DNA from: Candidatus Latescibacterota bacterium
GTDB taxonomy: Bacteria; Latescibacterota; UBA2968; GCA-2709665
Assembly: GCA_965203805.1 (NCBI GenBank)
Contig: OZ241917.1
Coordinates: forward strand, 4,576,001 to 4,640,000
Length of the DNA: 64,000 nt
Direction: 5' to 3'
Both the position numbers and the translations under genes were made by a program. Below are positions 9,440 through 19,429 of this stretch, one piece after another; position 1 is the stretch's first letter, and each line of letters begins with the position of its first letter. The notes under the pieces are model-generated. The model was not told the DNA's origin, did not search any database, and saw only the letters and a program-made list of their open reading frames with translations.

Positions 9440-12400
9440 ATGAATTTCCGCAAGCCGATTCAAGAAACGGATCTCACTTCAGGCGTCTGTATATCCGCGC
9501 CGGATGCGGAGCCGTATCGGGCGGCGGCGCAGCGTCTTCAATCTGTCCTGCAAGGCGTGCTTTCGGATAACGTGGAGATTTTGCCGGACACGCGGCTCGA
9601 CGCGGGCGGACGCCACGTGATCGCGTTGGGAAACATGATGGACAGCGCGTTCCTGAAGACCCTGTACTTCCGGGCATACGATCTGACCGACCGGGTCTGG
9701 CCCGGCCCCGGCGGGTGGACGGTCCGCACCGCGCCGGACTCGCTGGAAGACACAGGGCACGTGATTGTCGTTGGTGTGAGTGGCGCCGACGACGTTTCCG
9801 GGGCGGCGGAAGCGCTTTCCCGTACGATAGAGTCCGAGGGCGCCGTCCTCCCGTATCAGCATCGGGTGACGCTCGGCAAGTGGGCGGACCTGTACCTGAA
9901 GCCGGCGCACGAACGGCTGAGCCAGGGCGACGAGGCTCTGGAGCGGGAGTTCACGAGCGGCCCGGGGGACTGGACCTACATGTGGGCCATCGCCGAGATC
10001 GGGATGCTGGCGATACAGACGGGCAGGGAGGAACTGATCCCGATGTTCTGCCGGCAGGTCTGCAACTTCGCGCGCACCCGATGGTTTGAGCGCCACCTTC
10101 CGGATCCACCGCAGATCCACGGGTTTCTGAGGACCATGCTGCTGCCGTTCACAGTTCTGGAAAATCATCCCGCCTTACCCCAGGACCAGCGACAGGAGAC
10201 GCTGGAGGCATTCCTGGGGCTCTACCGGTCCACGGAGGGCGCCGGGAATTCCGGGTTTCTCAGCCACGTGGGGGTCGACCGCGTGCGGCAGAACCACCAG
10301 ACGATGTCGGGGCTGGATCTGTATTATGGAGGACGGTATTTCCACCAGGTGCACGGGTTGGCCGAAGGGCGGGCGTGGATGAAACTCGCGGACGTGTTCT
10401 TCGCGCCTCAGATGGCCTCGAACAAGCCGGTCTGCGATTCGTGGGGGCACCAGTGGGCGTTTTCGCTCTTCAATACCGCCGATTATGCGCTGGCTTCGGG
10501 AAAGATGGACTATTTCTCCAGCAAACCGTACCTGGAAGGCGTGGACCGGGCGCTGATCGCGCACAGCAATCTGGAAGGAGGGCCGCAACAGTACATGCTG
10601 ATGGCCGCGGCGGTCACGGGAAACGACGAATACCTCCGGCTTTGCGGGGCGTCGGATAGCGATACCCTGGCGGAGCGGGCCGTGCGGCCGAACGTGGAGC
10701 CCTTCCGGACCTGGGTGACCGGACGCGACGCCGCAACGCCGGAGCGGATGGGCCGTGTGGGCGTTGCGCCGCTCTCGCGGCTGTTTTACGATTCCCTCGA
10801 GGATCTCGGTGGATTCGCACCGGAGGGCGTGTACCTGCGTGACGTTCCATACGAACAGACGTTCGACAAGGTGTATTTCAGGTCCGGGTGGACGGATGAC
10901 GACGACTATCTGCTGCTCTGTGGCATATCGGGCGGCTCCCATTCGTACCAGGACGGCAACTGCATCGTCCGGTATACCGGTCGCGGGCGGAACTGGTTCG
11001 GAGGGCGCGTGGGTCCGGCCTCGGTAAGGGATCACAACGGGGTCAGCATCGCGGTTGACGGCGCGGGAGCGGGTTGCGAGTCCCGATATGCGGCGCTGCG
11101 ATACCTGAAGGAGGGAGAAGGGATGTCCGCGGCGGGGACGTCGATGGCGAATCCCGGACAGGCGGACTGGTACCGGCATATCGTGCACGGCAGGCAGGGA
11201 TGGTTTCTGGTTATCGACGAGGTCTGGGCGAAGGCGGAAGGCGAGTGCCTGATCGAGTGCCGCTGGCACGTGTACGGCGACGTGGAAACGGTCGATGGGG
11301 GGATTTGTGCCGTCCAGGAAGATGCGAGGCTGGAAATGCGGCATTCGGGAAGCGGATCCCGGGAGTTGATTCCGGTGACGTCGGCGCTGGCAAACGAAGG
11401 GACGCGTTGGGTGCAGCGCTCGCTGAAAACGCTTCGGGCCGGAGAAGGCGTGAGGTTCGCGACCCTGTTCTGGAGTGACCAAGAGGCGCGGCCCCGGACG
11501 TACGCACTGGTACCGGAAGCGTCGGGTTACCGGATTGAAGGCCAGGGCGAAGTGTCCACGGTCTCGCTTTCGGCCGAAGGTGCGGATGTCAACTTCGAGG
11601 CGAACGCGGCGGTGCTACCCACGGCGGGTAACGCCACGGATGCGTCGGACGCCGTTCTGTTCATCGCATCGGGCGGAGACGCGACAACGGCCTGGCGCGG
11701 AAAGTGTGGGGCGGCCGTTGCGGCGGTGGATGTCTGGGAAGGGGGTTGCTTCGCGGGCGATGACGGCGGAGGCATCACGGCGTTCGACCGGAACGGCGGG
11801 AATCGGTGGACCCATTCCGTGCCGGGGGGAATCCGGACGGTCCTGGCCCTTGCCGACGGCGGGGTGGTGGCCGGCGGGGAGGCGGAGGCCGTGCGCTGGC
11901 TGGACGCGTCGGGCAGGGAGGTGTGGTCGTATCAGCTCGAGTGGCAACCGATGAACTGGGACTACTGGACGTGGCTGAACTGTAAGGTCCTCAGCCTCGC
12001 GGCCGGCGATATCGACGGTGACGGCCGGGAGGAGATTCTGGCCGGCTGCGCCGATCGTCACGTGTACGCGTTCGCAGATGACGGCGCGTTGTTGTGGCGG
12101 TCTGCCTGCCAGTGGGGCCCGCCCACGTGCCTGGGGGTGGCGCGGCTGCGTGACGGAGAGAGCCGGCACGTGCTTGCGGGGATGGCGGACCCGTCGATTC
12201 ACGGATGCGTGCGGGTGTTCGATTCCGAGGGGGCGTGCGTGGAGACGCTCTCCCGCCCGGATATCATGAGCTGGTCGATCCCCTCGTGGTCGAAGTGCCT
12301 CCGGGCGGCGGACTTGAACGGGGACGGCCTCGACGAGGTGATCAGCGGCGTGGATACGAACCACCGGCAGTTGATCGTCTATAGCGGGGACGGCGAGGTG

Positions 12401-12733
12401 TTGTGGGATGCGGACGTTGGTGGGGCGGTACTTTCGGTAGCGGTTGCGGACGGGAGGGTGTACGCGGGCGCTTCGAACGGATATGTGCAGTGCTTCGATA
12501 CCGGGGGCTGCCGGACGTGGCGTCGTTTTCTCGCGGCGCCCGTTGTCGGTCTGTCGCCAGTAGGCGGTGGCGGGTGCCTGGCGGCCCTTGGGGATGGACG
12601 GACCGCGGGACTGAATGGAAGCGGCGGGATCGCGTGGACCGGTGGAGGCACTGCGATCGCCGCGGCGGCGGCGTGGCAGGAGGGCGGACTGCTGGTGGGC
12701 AGGCGCGACGGAACGGTGGAGTGCTTCGGATAG
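9440..12733 (+). CDS. Heparinase II/III-like protein with beta-propeller, paralog 3
   Basis: Collinear with paralogs 1 and 2. Variant motifs RQNHQTMSG and YLLLCGISG. Confidence 0.7.
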   Translation: MNFRKPIQETDLTSGVCISAPDAEPYRAAAQRLQSVLQGVLSDNVEILPDTRLDAGGRHVIALGNMMDSAFLKTLYFRAYDLTDRVWPGPGGWTVRTAPDSLEDTGHVIVVGVSGADDVSGAAEALSRTIESEGAVLPYQHRVTLGKWADLYLKPAHERLSQGDEALEREFTSGPGDWTYMWAIAEIGMLAIQTGREELIPMFCRQVCNFARTRWFERHLPDPPQIHGFLRTMLLPFTVLENHPALPQDQRQETLEAFLGLYRSTEGAGNSGFLSHVGVDRVRQNHQTMSGLDLYYGGRYFHQVHGLAEGRAWMKLADVFFAPQMASNKPVCDSWGHQWAFSLFNTADYALASGKMDYFSSKPYLEGVDRALIAHSNLEGGPQQYMLMAAAVTGNDEYLRLCGASDSDTLAERAVRPNVEPFRTWVTGRDAATPERMGRVGVAPLSRLFYDSLEDLGGFAPEGVYLRDVPYEQTFDKVYFRSGWTDDDDYLLLCGISGGSHSYQDGNCIVRYTGRGRNWFGGRVGPASVRDHNGVSIAVDGAGAGCESRYAALRYLKEGEGMSAAGTSMANPGQADWYRHIVHGRQGWFLVIDEVWAKAEGECLIECRWHVYGDVETVDGGICAVQEDARLEMRHSGSGSRELIPVTSALANEGTRWVQRSLKTLRAGEGVRFATLFWSDQEARPRTYALVPEASGYRIEGQGEVSTVSLSAEGADVNFEANAAVLPTAGNATDASDAVLFIASGGDATTAWRGKCGAAVAAVDVWEGGCFAGDDGGGITAFDRNGGNRWTHSVPGGIRTVLALADGGVVAGGEAEAVRWLDASGREVWSYQLEWQPMNWDYWTWLNCKVLSLAAGDIDGDGREEILAGCADRHVYAFADDGALLWRSACQWGPPTCLGVARLRDGESRHVLAGMADPSIHGCVRVFDSEGACVETLSRPDIMSWSIPSWSKCLRAADLNGDGLDEVISGVDTNHRQLIVYSGDGEVLWDADVGGAVLSVAVADGRVYAGASNGYVQCFDTGGCRTWRRFLAAPVVGLSPVGGGGCLAALGDGRTAGLNGSGGIAWTGGGTAIAAAAAWQEGGLLVGRRDGTVECFG

Positions 12734-12763
12734 AATGCGACAGCTTCTAAGGAGGGATCGGCG

Positions 12764-15700
12764 ATGCATATAGAACGTCCGCGCGCGCTCGAACCGGAAA
12801 CCCAATTAAACGCGGCAACTCAGGTGCTCGTGGCGGCGCCCCGGTCCGAACACGGCCGGGTGGCGGCGGAGAGCATCCGCCGGGCGCTGGGCGACCTGAG
12901 CGTTCGCGTCGAACTTCTGGATGATCCCGCCGGCGACGTGATGACCGCGGCCGACGGTCCTGTGATCGTCGTCGGCAACCTGGCGGACAGCCGGTGCGTG
13001 CGTGAACTCTACTTCCGTTTGCTGTGCGCGACGGACCTGTGGTACCCGGGTCCCGGGGGTTATGAACTTCGCACGCTGTGCAACCCGTTCGGGACGGGCA
13101 ACAATATCATTCAGGTAGGATACAGCGACGCCCCCGGAGCCGCGAAGGGTACGGCGGCGTTCCGTTCCCGCCTGGACGACCCCGTTCCGCACCTGGCCGA
13201 TCTCGAGGTTACCCGGCTTCCAATGTCGGCGCACGAGGCGGCGCAGGTCCGGGAGGAGCCGCTCCTGCCAACGGCGTGGCAGATCGCGAATACCATGCAG
13301 GGAGACCAGAAAGGGTATCTCTACTATCTGACGGGAGAGCCCGAACTCGGAGCGGAATACCGCCGGGCGTGGGAGGCCGTTGTCGAGAGCGGGTATGTAA
13401 AGTCGGAGAAAATCGTCCAGGCCCACCTGTACAGCCTCAGCCGCCTGCAGCCCTGGCGGCTGGTGGAACACATGAACCTGTTCAGCGAAGCGGAACGGCT
13501 CGATATCACCCGGTTCATTTACGGCTGGGCGGAAAGCGAAGAGGGCTGGCGCCACGTCCAGCGCTGTCCCCGCGTGGTGAGCATGCACGTTCCAAGGCAG
13601 AACCACGAACTCATTCCCGCTCTGGCGTTGACCTGCGCGGCGGCGTATTTCCGGACGTACTTTCCGGAACTTGACGGCCCGGAGCAGTGGGAGCAGGTCG
13701 CCCGCCGAGCGTATGCTCCCTACGGATCTTCCTGGAAACCGCTGTGCGACGGACTCTGCCACGGATGGTGGATGTCGCAACCGGTGATGGTGGAGTACGG
13801 CCTGAACGATCCGGAACACACATACTTCGAGCAGGGCGGCGCCAGGCAGGCCGCGGATGCGGCGCTGGCCGTGGTGAACAATGAGGGATGGCTTCCCTCG
13901 GCGGGTGACAGCGACCTGAACCGGCAGTTTCCGGGGCCGAGCCTGCGTACGGCGGCGGCTTATTTCAACGACGGGCGGTACCGTTTCGTCCACGACCTCG
14001 CGCCGCCGGAGCGTCGTCTGGTCAGCCTCACGTCGCTGCCGCGGGCATTCGACGCGGGCGTCGACCCGAAGGCGCCGGACGACAGGGTGGGCGTAACCGT
14101 CGTTCCGGTGGACCCGCTTTTGTACCACGCCTGGGAGCGGGACCCTCGCGGCGCGCCGGGCGTGGTGACCACGCCCCCGTCGGCGCCGATCGACAGGTGT
14201 TTCGACAAGCTCTCGGTGCGTACGGGATGGGAGCCCGACGATGACTTTCTCCTGATCGACGGACTTGGCGGCGGCAGCCACTCGTACGACGACGCGGGCG
14301 GCATTCTGGACTACGCGCGTCTGGGTCTCTCGCTGATCGTGCAGGAGGACAGCTTCGTACACTCCGCGCCCGAGCATATGTCGGCCGTTACGGTCGTCCG
14401 GGACGGTGAATTCGGGGAGATCCCGGGATTCGCGGTTCTGGAGGCGAACGAGACCGACGCCGAAGGCAACGTCTATCTGCGGATCCGGCTGAAGGACTAC
14501 GCGGGAGCGGACTGGGTGAGGGAGGTCCACCTGAGCCCGGGGTGCTGCGTTGTTTTCAACGATTCGGTGATTGCGAACCGGGCGGGAGACTTTGCGGTGG
14601 AAGCCCGCTTCCGAACCCCCGCCCGGCTGGTTCTCAACGGGAACGAGGCGCGTTGTGCGAGGCGGAGCCCTTCGGCCGGCGACGTCACGTTCCGGATCCG
14701 GAGCCTTGGAGAGGCCGCTTCGCCGGCGATCGAGGAAGATCCGGTCCATCTGCGGTATAAGAACGAGGTGGACCAGGAACTCTGGAAGGAGCGGTACCAT
14801 ACCGAGGACGTCGTGCTTTCCACGTTTGTGTCGCGGCGCGCCGGGCGCCTGGAAGCCGGGGAGGGCGTGCGCCTCACCCACGTCGCGCAGGCGTGCGGAC
14901 CGGGAGAAGCCCCGGTAGGCCTTCTGGAGAAAGAAGGCGAGGTGTGCCTCGTGCAGGACGAGACCTCGCGGCGGCTGGAGACGCTGCCGGTGCGGATCCC
15001 CGCCGCCGGGAGATCGTCGGGTGACGCTCGTTCGGAACGGGCCGATGCCGCGCTGGTTTTCACCGCCGGGGATCGCATCCGCGCAATCCGCCCGCTGGCG
15101 GACGGGTCTGTCGTCGTAGGCGCCGAAAGCGGCGGTGTCGCCTTCCTCGATCCGGAGGGGCGGACGGCCTGGTCGGCGGAGCTGGCCGGCCCGCTGTACG
15201 ACGTCGGCGCCGCGGAGGGGGAGGCGACGGTCCTGGCGGTCGGGCACGGCCCGAGCCGGTTGACGGGGCTCGACGTCGAAGGCCGGCAAATGTGGCAGAC
15301 GGACATCGTGAGAGAACCCTGCCCGTGGCCGTGGTGGGAACTGCCGACGCCCGCGCCCGTGCAGGTGGAAGGGGGGATCTCAAACGGAGCCGCCTTCTTT
15401 GCCGTCGGGTGCGGGGACATACAGATCCGCGGCTTCGACGGCGAAGGCCGGGAGCGGTGGCGGCAGCGCTACAATGAGGGCGTGCCCGGCCGCATCCGGG
15501 TGGCCGACGTGGACGGTTGCGGCGGCCCGGAAATCGTCGCCGGGGGCGAAGTGCTCAGCGACACCTCCAAATGCCGTATCCTGGACCCCAAGGGGAATTT
15601 TCTCGCCCACCTGGACGTGGAGGGATGGACAAGTATTCTGACAGCGCTGGCGTTCGCCGAATTCGACGGACGGCGCGTCATCGGATGCGGCGCGAACCGG

Positions 15701-16087
15701 GGCCTGAACCTGCACGTGTTCGAACACGGTGACGGTGGGGCTTGGCAACGGCGCTGGATGAAGCGCCTGGGCGGGCGGGTCTCGGGGATCCGGTTCGTCG
15801 GAACCGATCGCCGGGTGATCGCCGGCACCAGCCAGGGATTCCTGTTGTGTTACGATCCGGACGGGAATCCGGTCTGGCACCGTCTCTTCGAAAAGGGAAT
15901 CCGGCATCTGGCGCCGTTTGGCGACGAGACGCTTCTGGTCGACGATCAGGGGAGTCTCCGTATCGTGGACGCGTCCGGAAACGCCCGGACGCTCGGCAGG
16001 ATGCCGGGACCGTGCTCCATTGCGGAGTCTGACGGCGCGGGGGTGCTCCTGGCGTGCGGGCGCGAGGTCTGGCGCATCGAAGTTTGA
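12764..16087 (+). CDS. Heparinase II/III-like protein with beta-propeller, divergent paralog 4
   Basis: AAGGAGG RBS. VIVVGN...YPGPGGYELRT N-domain; PRQNHE; KPLCD; FDKLSVRTGW...FLLIDG..GGSHSYDD; ADVDG..GPEIV propeller. Confidence 0.68.
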   Translation: MHIERPRALEPETQLNAATQVLVAAPRSEHGRVAAESIRRALGDLSVRVELLDDPAGDVMTAADGPVIVVGNLADSRCVRELYFRLLCATDLWYPGPGGYELRTLCNPFGTGNNIIQVGYSDAPGAAKGTAAFRSRLDDPVPHLADLEVTRLPMSAHEAAQVREEPLLPTAWQIANTMQGDQKGYLYYLTGEPELGAEYRRAWEAVVESGYVKSEKIVQAHLYSLSRLQPWRLVEHMNLFSEAERLDITRFIYGWAESEEGWRHVQRCPRVVSMHVPRQNHELIPALALTCAAAYFRTYFPELDGPEQWEQVARRAYAPYGSSWKPLCDGLCHGWWMSQPVMVEYGLNDPEHTYFEQGGARQAADAALAVVNNEGWLPSAGDSDLNRQFPGPSLRTAAAYFNDGRYRFVHDLAPPERRLVSLTSLPRAFDAGVDPKAPDDRVGVTVVPVDPLLYHAWERDPRGAPGVVTTPPSAPIDRCFDKLSVRTGWEPDDDFLLIDGLGGGSHSYDDAGGILDYARLGLSLIVQEDSFVHSAPEHMSAVTVVRDGEFGEIPGFAVLEANETDAEGNVYLRIRLKDYAGADWVREVHLSPGCCVVFNDSVIANRAGDFAVEARFRTPARLVLNGNEARCARRSPSAGDVTFRIRSLGEAASPAIEEDPVHLRYKNEVDQELWKERYHTEDVVLSTFVSRRAGRLEAGEGVRLTHVAQACGPGEAPVGLLEKEGEVCLVQDETSRRLETLPVRIPAAGRSSGDARSERADAALVFTAGDRIRAIRPLADGSVVVGAESGGVAFLDPEGRTAWSAELAGPLYDVGAAEGEATVLAVGHGPSRLTGLDVEGRQMWQTDIVREPCPWPWWELPTPAPVQVEGGISNGAAFFAVGCGDIQIRGFDGEGRERWRQRYNEGVPGRIRVADVDGCGGPEIVAGGEVLSDTSKCRILDPKGNFLAHLDVEGWTSILTALAFAEFDGRRVIGCGANRGLNLHVFEHGDGGAWQRRWMKRLGGRVSGIRFVGTDRRVIAGTSQGFLLCYDPDGNPVWHRLFEKGIRHLAPFGDETLLVDDQGSLRIVDASGNARTLGRMPGPCSIAESDGAGVLLACGREVWRIEV

Positions 16088-16122
16088 GACGTTTATTTTT
16101 CGTGTAAATCAAGGAGGGACGT

Positions 16123-17007
16123 ATGGACGCCTATGAGCGATATCATTTCGACGTGAACGGGTACATTGTGGTCGAGGACATACTGACTCCGGACGAGGTG
16201 GCGGCGCTGAACGAGGCGATCGACCGCAATCCGGATCAGGTCCACGTCCGGAAGGGCGAGTTGCTGCTGTCCGGCGCAGCCAAACAGCACGGAGGCAAGG
16301 CAGCGCCTTTGTTGAAGGGCACCCACGGCCGTGGGGACATCATGGACATTCTGAAATGGCCCGAACCCTGGTGCCAGCCCTTCCGGGACCTGCTGACGCA
16401 TCCGCGGGCGATGCGGTATATGCTGGAACTGATCGGCGACGGGTTTCGCTACGGCAACGCGAACGGGATCAGCATGACGGCCGGCGCCGAGGGGTTCCTG
16501 TTTCACGGCGGAGGCACCCCCAGGGGTCCGTATTATTACGATTTCCAGGATGGGCGGATGTGGAACGGGCTGATGGCCGTCTGCTATCAGTTGACGGACG
16601 TCGGTCCGGGAGACGGAGGGTACGCCTGCATCCCCGGCAGCCACCGGGCGAACTATCCCTGCCCCAGTGACGTCCGGCGCCTGGATGCCCACCCGGAGTG
16701 GTTCAAACATCTCCCGATGAAGGCGGGTTCGGCGCTGATCTTCACCGAGGCGCTCACCCACGGCACGCTTCCCTGGACGGCGTCCCACGAACGGCGAACG
16801 CTGCTCTACAGGTATGGCTCGGGGGATATGGTCTTCGGCTCGGGGCCGGCCATCCGTCCGGCGGGCTACGAGTCGTTCAAGGACGAGTTGACGCCCTTGC
16901 AGCGCGCGCTGATGGAGCCGCCCTACGCCAGCAGGCGGCCCAGTCTCGTGCCGCTGATGGAAGAAGACGAGCGACGACGGGAAGCCGCGCAATCCGCAGA
17001 AGCCTGA
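16123..17007 (+). CDS. Phytanoyl-CoA dioxygenase (PhyH)-family Fe(II)/2OG enzyme with HxG motif
   Basis: FDVNGYIVVEDIL, LTDV..GDGG..CIPGSHRA, AGSALIFTEALTHG, ERR. First ligand motif is H128-G-G. Confidence 0.85.
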   Translation: MDAYERYHFDVNGYIVVEDILTPDEVAALNEAIDRNPDQVHVRKGELLLSGAAKQHGGKAAPLLKGTHGRGDIMDILKWPEPWCQPFRDLLTHPRAMRYMLELIGDGFRYGNANGISMTAGAEGFLFHGGGTPRGPYYYDFQDGRMWNGLMAVCYQLTDVGPGDGGYACIPGSHRANYPCPSDVRRLDAHPEWFKHLPMKAGSALIFTEALTHGTLPWTASHERRTLLYRYGSGDMVFGSGPAIRPAGYESFKDELTPLQRALMEPPYASRRPSLVPLMEEDERRREAAQSAEA

Positions 17008-17038
17008 AACGCCCGACCGGTTATTCGGAGAAGTTCGA

Positions 17039-19429
17039 ATGCTTTGTCTTGCAAATCCGGACGCCGCGATTCTGGAAATTGTCCTTCTGACGATCTCCTT
17101 CGTCCTGCCCTGCCTTGGCGCGGTGTTCTTCCTTGCGCCGAACGGAGACGACTCGGGGTCGGGCGGGCGCGCGTCACCCTGGAGAAGCATCCGCCGGGCA
17201 AACGCAGCCTTGACGCCGGGCGATACCCTGGTCTTTTTCCCAGGGGTATACGAGGGCGCGATCGCCCCGGAGCACGGAGGGACGCCGGATGCTCCCATCC
17301 ACTACCGGTCTGACGTCAGGCACCGGGCCGTGCTTGCGGGTGGGGGCGACAATCAGCCCGCTTTGGATCTTCATGAGAAGCACAACATCCGAATCGAAGG
17401 GTTTCGGATCGCGCCCGGCGACGGGCGTTGGCTGCGCGCCGATGGATGCGACCGGCTTTCGGTAACGGGGTGTTATATGGAGAAAGCCGGTAACGCGACG
17501 CCGTTCGTGCTGACAGGGTGCACGCACGTGCGGCTTATCGACAACGTGTTCCGGAAGGACCGCGTTGGCGGCAATATGTGCCAGGTCGTGGAATGCACGT
17601 ACGTGCTCATCGAGGGGAACGCGTTCTCGCGGGCCGGGCACTGCCCGCTGCAGATTTCGATGACGAACAACCTGGTCGTTCGGTCGAATTGCTTCCACAA
17701 TCCCTGGGGGCGCAACTACGAATTCTGGGCTTCCGGGAGGGCGCTGGTTGAGGGGAATATCGTTACCGAGGCGCTCGACAGCGCGCATTCGGCGGACAGC
17801 CGCGCGAAGAATCTGTTGATCGACGGCATCGTCCGCTTCAACCGGGTCTACGGCAACCTGCATACGCCTCTCAATTCATCCAGCTACGTGCCCGTCAACT
17901 ACCTCGTGCGCGATCCGTTCCGCTTCGTCAACTCCAGGGTGTACCACAATACGATTGCGGACAACCTCGGGTACGGGTGGGAAATCACCGGGGTCAACGT
18001 GAGTTCGAATGTGTTTGTGAACAACATCTTTTGCAGGAATGACAAGTACGGCGGAAATGTACAGATCGCGAGGGGCGCCGGGATTGCGGGCGACAACCTG
18101 TTTTTGAACAACGTGTTCCGGGGTACGGAGGCCGGACAGCGGGTCGTGCGGTACGGTGACCGGTTCCGGACGGTGGACGAGGCCAACAGGGCGTCGGTCG
18201 TGAGGGGGCACTGGCGGGAATTCGAGGATAACCTGGACGTGGACCCCTGTTTCGTGGATTCGGAAAACCGGGATTTTCGCCTGCGTCCGGGCAGTCCGTG
18301 CATTCATGCGGGACGTGCGCTGACCGTGACGAGACGTGCCGGGCGGGGCCGGGAGGTTCCGGTGGACGACGGCGGATACTTCTACGACGGGTTCGGCATT
18401 GAAGGTGAGATGGGAGACAGGGTCGCCATAGGAAGGGCAGGCCGGATTGCCCGTATTGAAAAAGTCCTGCTCAACTACTATCAGCCGGACCTGCTCATTC
18501 TGGACCGGGAGATGCAATGGGACGCCGGCGCGCCGGTCAGCCTGCCCTGGTGCGGGGAGGCGCCGGATATCGGCGCTTACGAACGGGGCCTCCCGGGATC
18601 TGGACGGGGGATTGCACGGGCGGAACCGGTCGACACCGAACCGGGGCGGGAGGTGAGGTTTTTCGCAGAGCCGGCCGGAAAGGCCGTCGCGGCGGTCCGT
18701 TGGGATTTCGGCGACGGAGAGACCGCACCGGGTTGTGAAGCGGTACACGTCTATTCGGAATGCGGGCATCATCCCGCGCGGGTCCGGGTGCGGTATGTGG
18801 ATGGCGACGAGGAGGCGGACGTGGTCTTTGTAAAGGTGAATCAGCCGGTTGACCCCCGCGCGCCGATGCTCGTGGTCGATTTCGAAGAAGAGACGACGCA
18901 GGAGTGGGGGTACCTGTTCAAGATCTACCGGGGAAACCGGCTGACGGGACACGAATTCGTCGCGGACGGTTTCGGGGGCGGCAGATGCGTCCGGCTGTTC
19001 GCGGAGGCGGACGGCTCCGACCTGGGCTGCAGTCTCGCTCCCGGAGAATGGGATATCGACACCTATCCGTTCATCCGGTTTGCCTACCGGATTCCCAGGG
19101 GGGCGCCGGTGGGTCTGTGGCTTCAGGCGTTTCCGGCGGAGGCGTACGGTGAGGGGGTTGTGATTGCCGGAGGGACGTCGTCGCGCGAGTCCGGCCCGTA
19201 CCCGGACACAGGCGCCTGTACATTGATGGACGACGGCCGCTGGCACGTGGCTGTACTGGATGCAAGGACGATTCGCGAGCGGATCGGGGAGGTGCGTTAT
19301 CTTCGCCGTTTCCGGTTCTATACGCACGGGAACGCGAAAGAAGGACACCAGTTCTGGTTCGACGAGTTCGAGATTTCGCCGGCTGGTCGATCGGGTCCCA
19401 CGGAATCGCACGGAAAACTGCGAATATGA
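17039..19429 (+). CDS. Secreted right-handed parallel beta-helix protein with PKD domain and C-terminal carbohydrate-binding-like domain (putative polysaccharide lyase)
   Basis: Hydrophobic N-terminus; FFLAPNGDDSGSG..SPWRSI..A...LTPGDT (DUF1565-like start); IEGN/NNIF beta-helix repeats; DFRLRPGSPCI; APDIGAYE; WDFGDG..HVY (PKD). Start codon uncertain. Confidence 0.75.
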   Translation: MLCLANPDAAILEIVLLTISFVLPCLGAVFFLAPNGDDSGSGGRASPWRSIRRANAALTPGDTLVFFPGVYEGAIAPEHGGTPDAPIHYRSDVRHRAVLAGGGDNQPALDLHEKHNIRIEGFRIAPGDGRWLRADGCDRLSVTGCYMEKAGNATPFVLTGCTHVRLIDNVFRKDRVGGNMCQVVECTYVLIEGNAFSRAGHCPLQISMTNNLVVRSNCFHNPWGRNYEFWASGRALVEGNIVTEALDSAHSADSRAKNLLIDGIVRFNRVYGNLHTPLNSSSYVPVNYLVRDPFRFVNSRVYHNTIADNLGYGWEITGVNVSSNVFVNNIFCRNDKYGGNVQIARGAGIAGDNLFLNNVFRGTEAGQRVVRYGDRFRTVDEANRASVVRGHWREFEDNLDVDPCFVDSENRDFRLRPGSPCIHAGRALTVTRRAGRGREVPVDDGGYFYDGFGIEGEMGDRVAIGRAGRIARIEKVLLNYYQPDLLILDREMQWDAGAPVSLPWCGEAPDIGAYERGLPGSGRGIARAEPVDTEPGREVRFFAEPAGKAVAAVRWDFGDGETAPGCEAVHVYSECGHHPARVRVRYVDGDEEADVVFVKVNQPVDPRAPMLVVDFEEETTQEWGYLFKIYRGNRLTGHEFVADGFGGGRCVRLFAEADGSDLGCSLAPGEWDIDTYPFIRFAYRIPRGAPVGLWLQAFPAEAYGEGVVIAGGTSSRESGPYPDTGACTLMDDGRWHVAVLDARTIRERIGEVRYLRRFRFYTHGNAKEGHQFWFDEFEISPAGRSGPTESHGKLRI

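Noticed and set aside
12806-15289. 827-aa antisense ORF (and similar ones at 17876-19411, 30405-32576, 33324-35015, 10175-11482)
   Set aside because: Shadow ORFs opposite well-supported genes in high-GC DNA, with no recognisable motifs.
2409-16087. Calling the propeller proteins PQQ dehydrogenases or BamB
   Set aside because: The propeller is only the C-terminal third, there is no signal peptide or lipobox, and no PQQ-enzyme catalytic motifs are recognisable.
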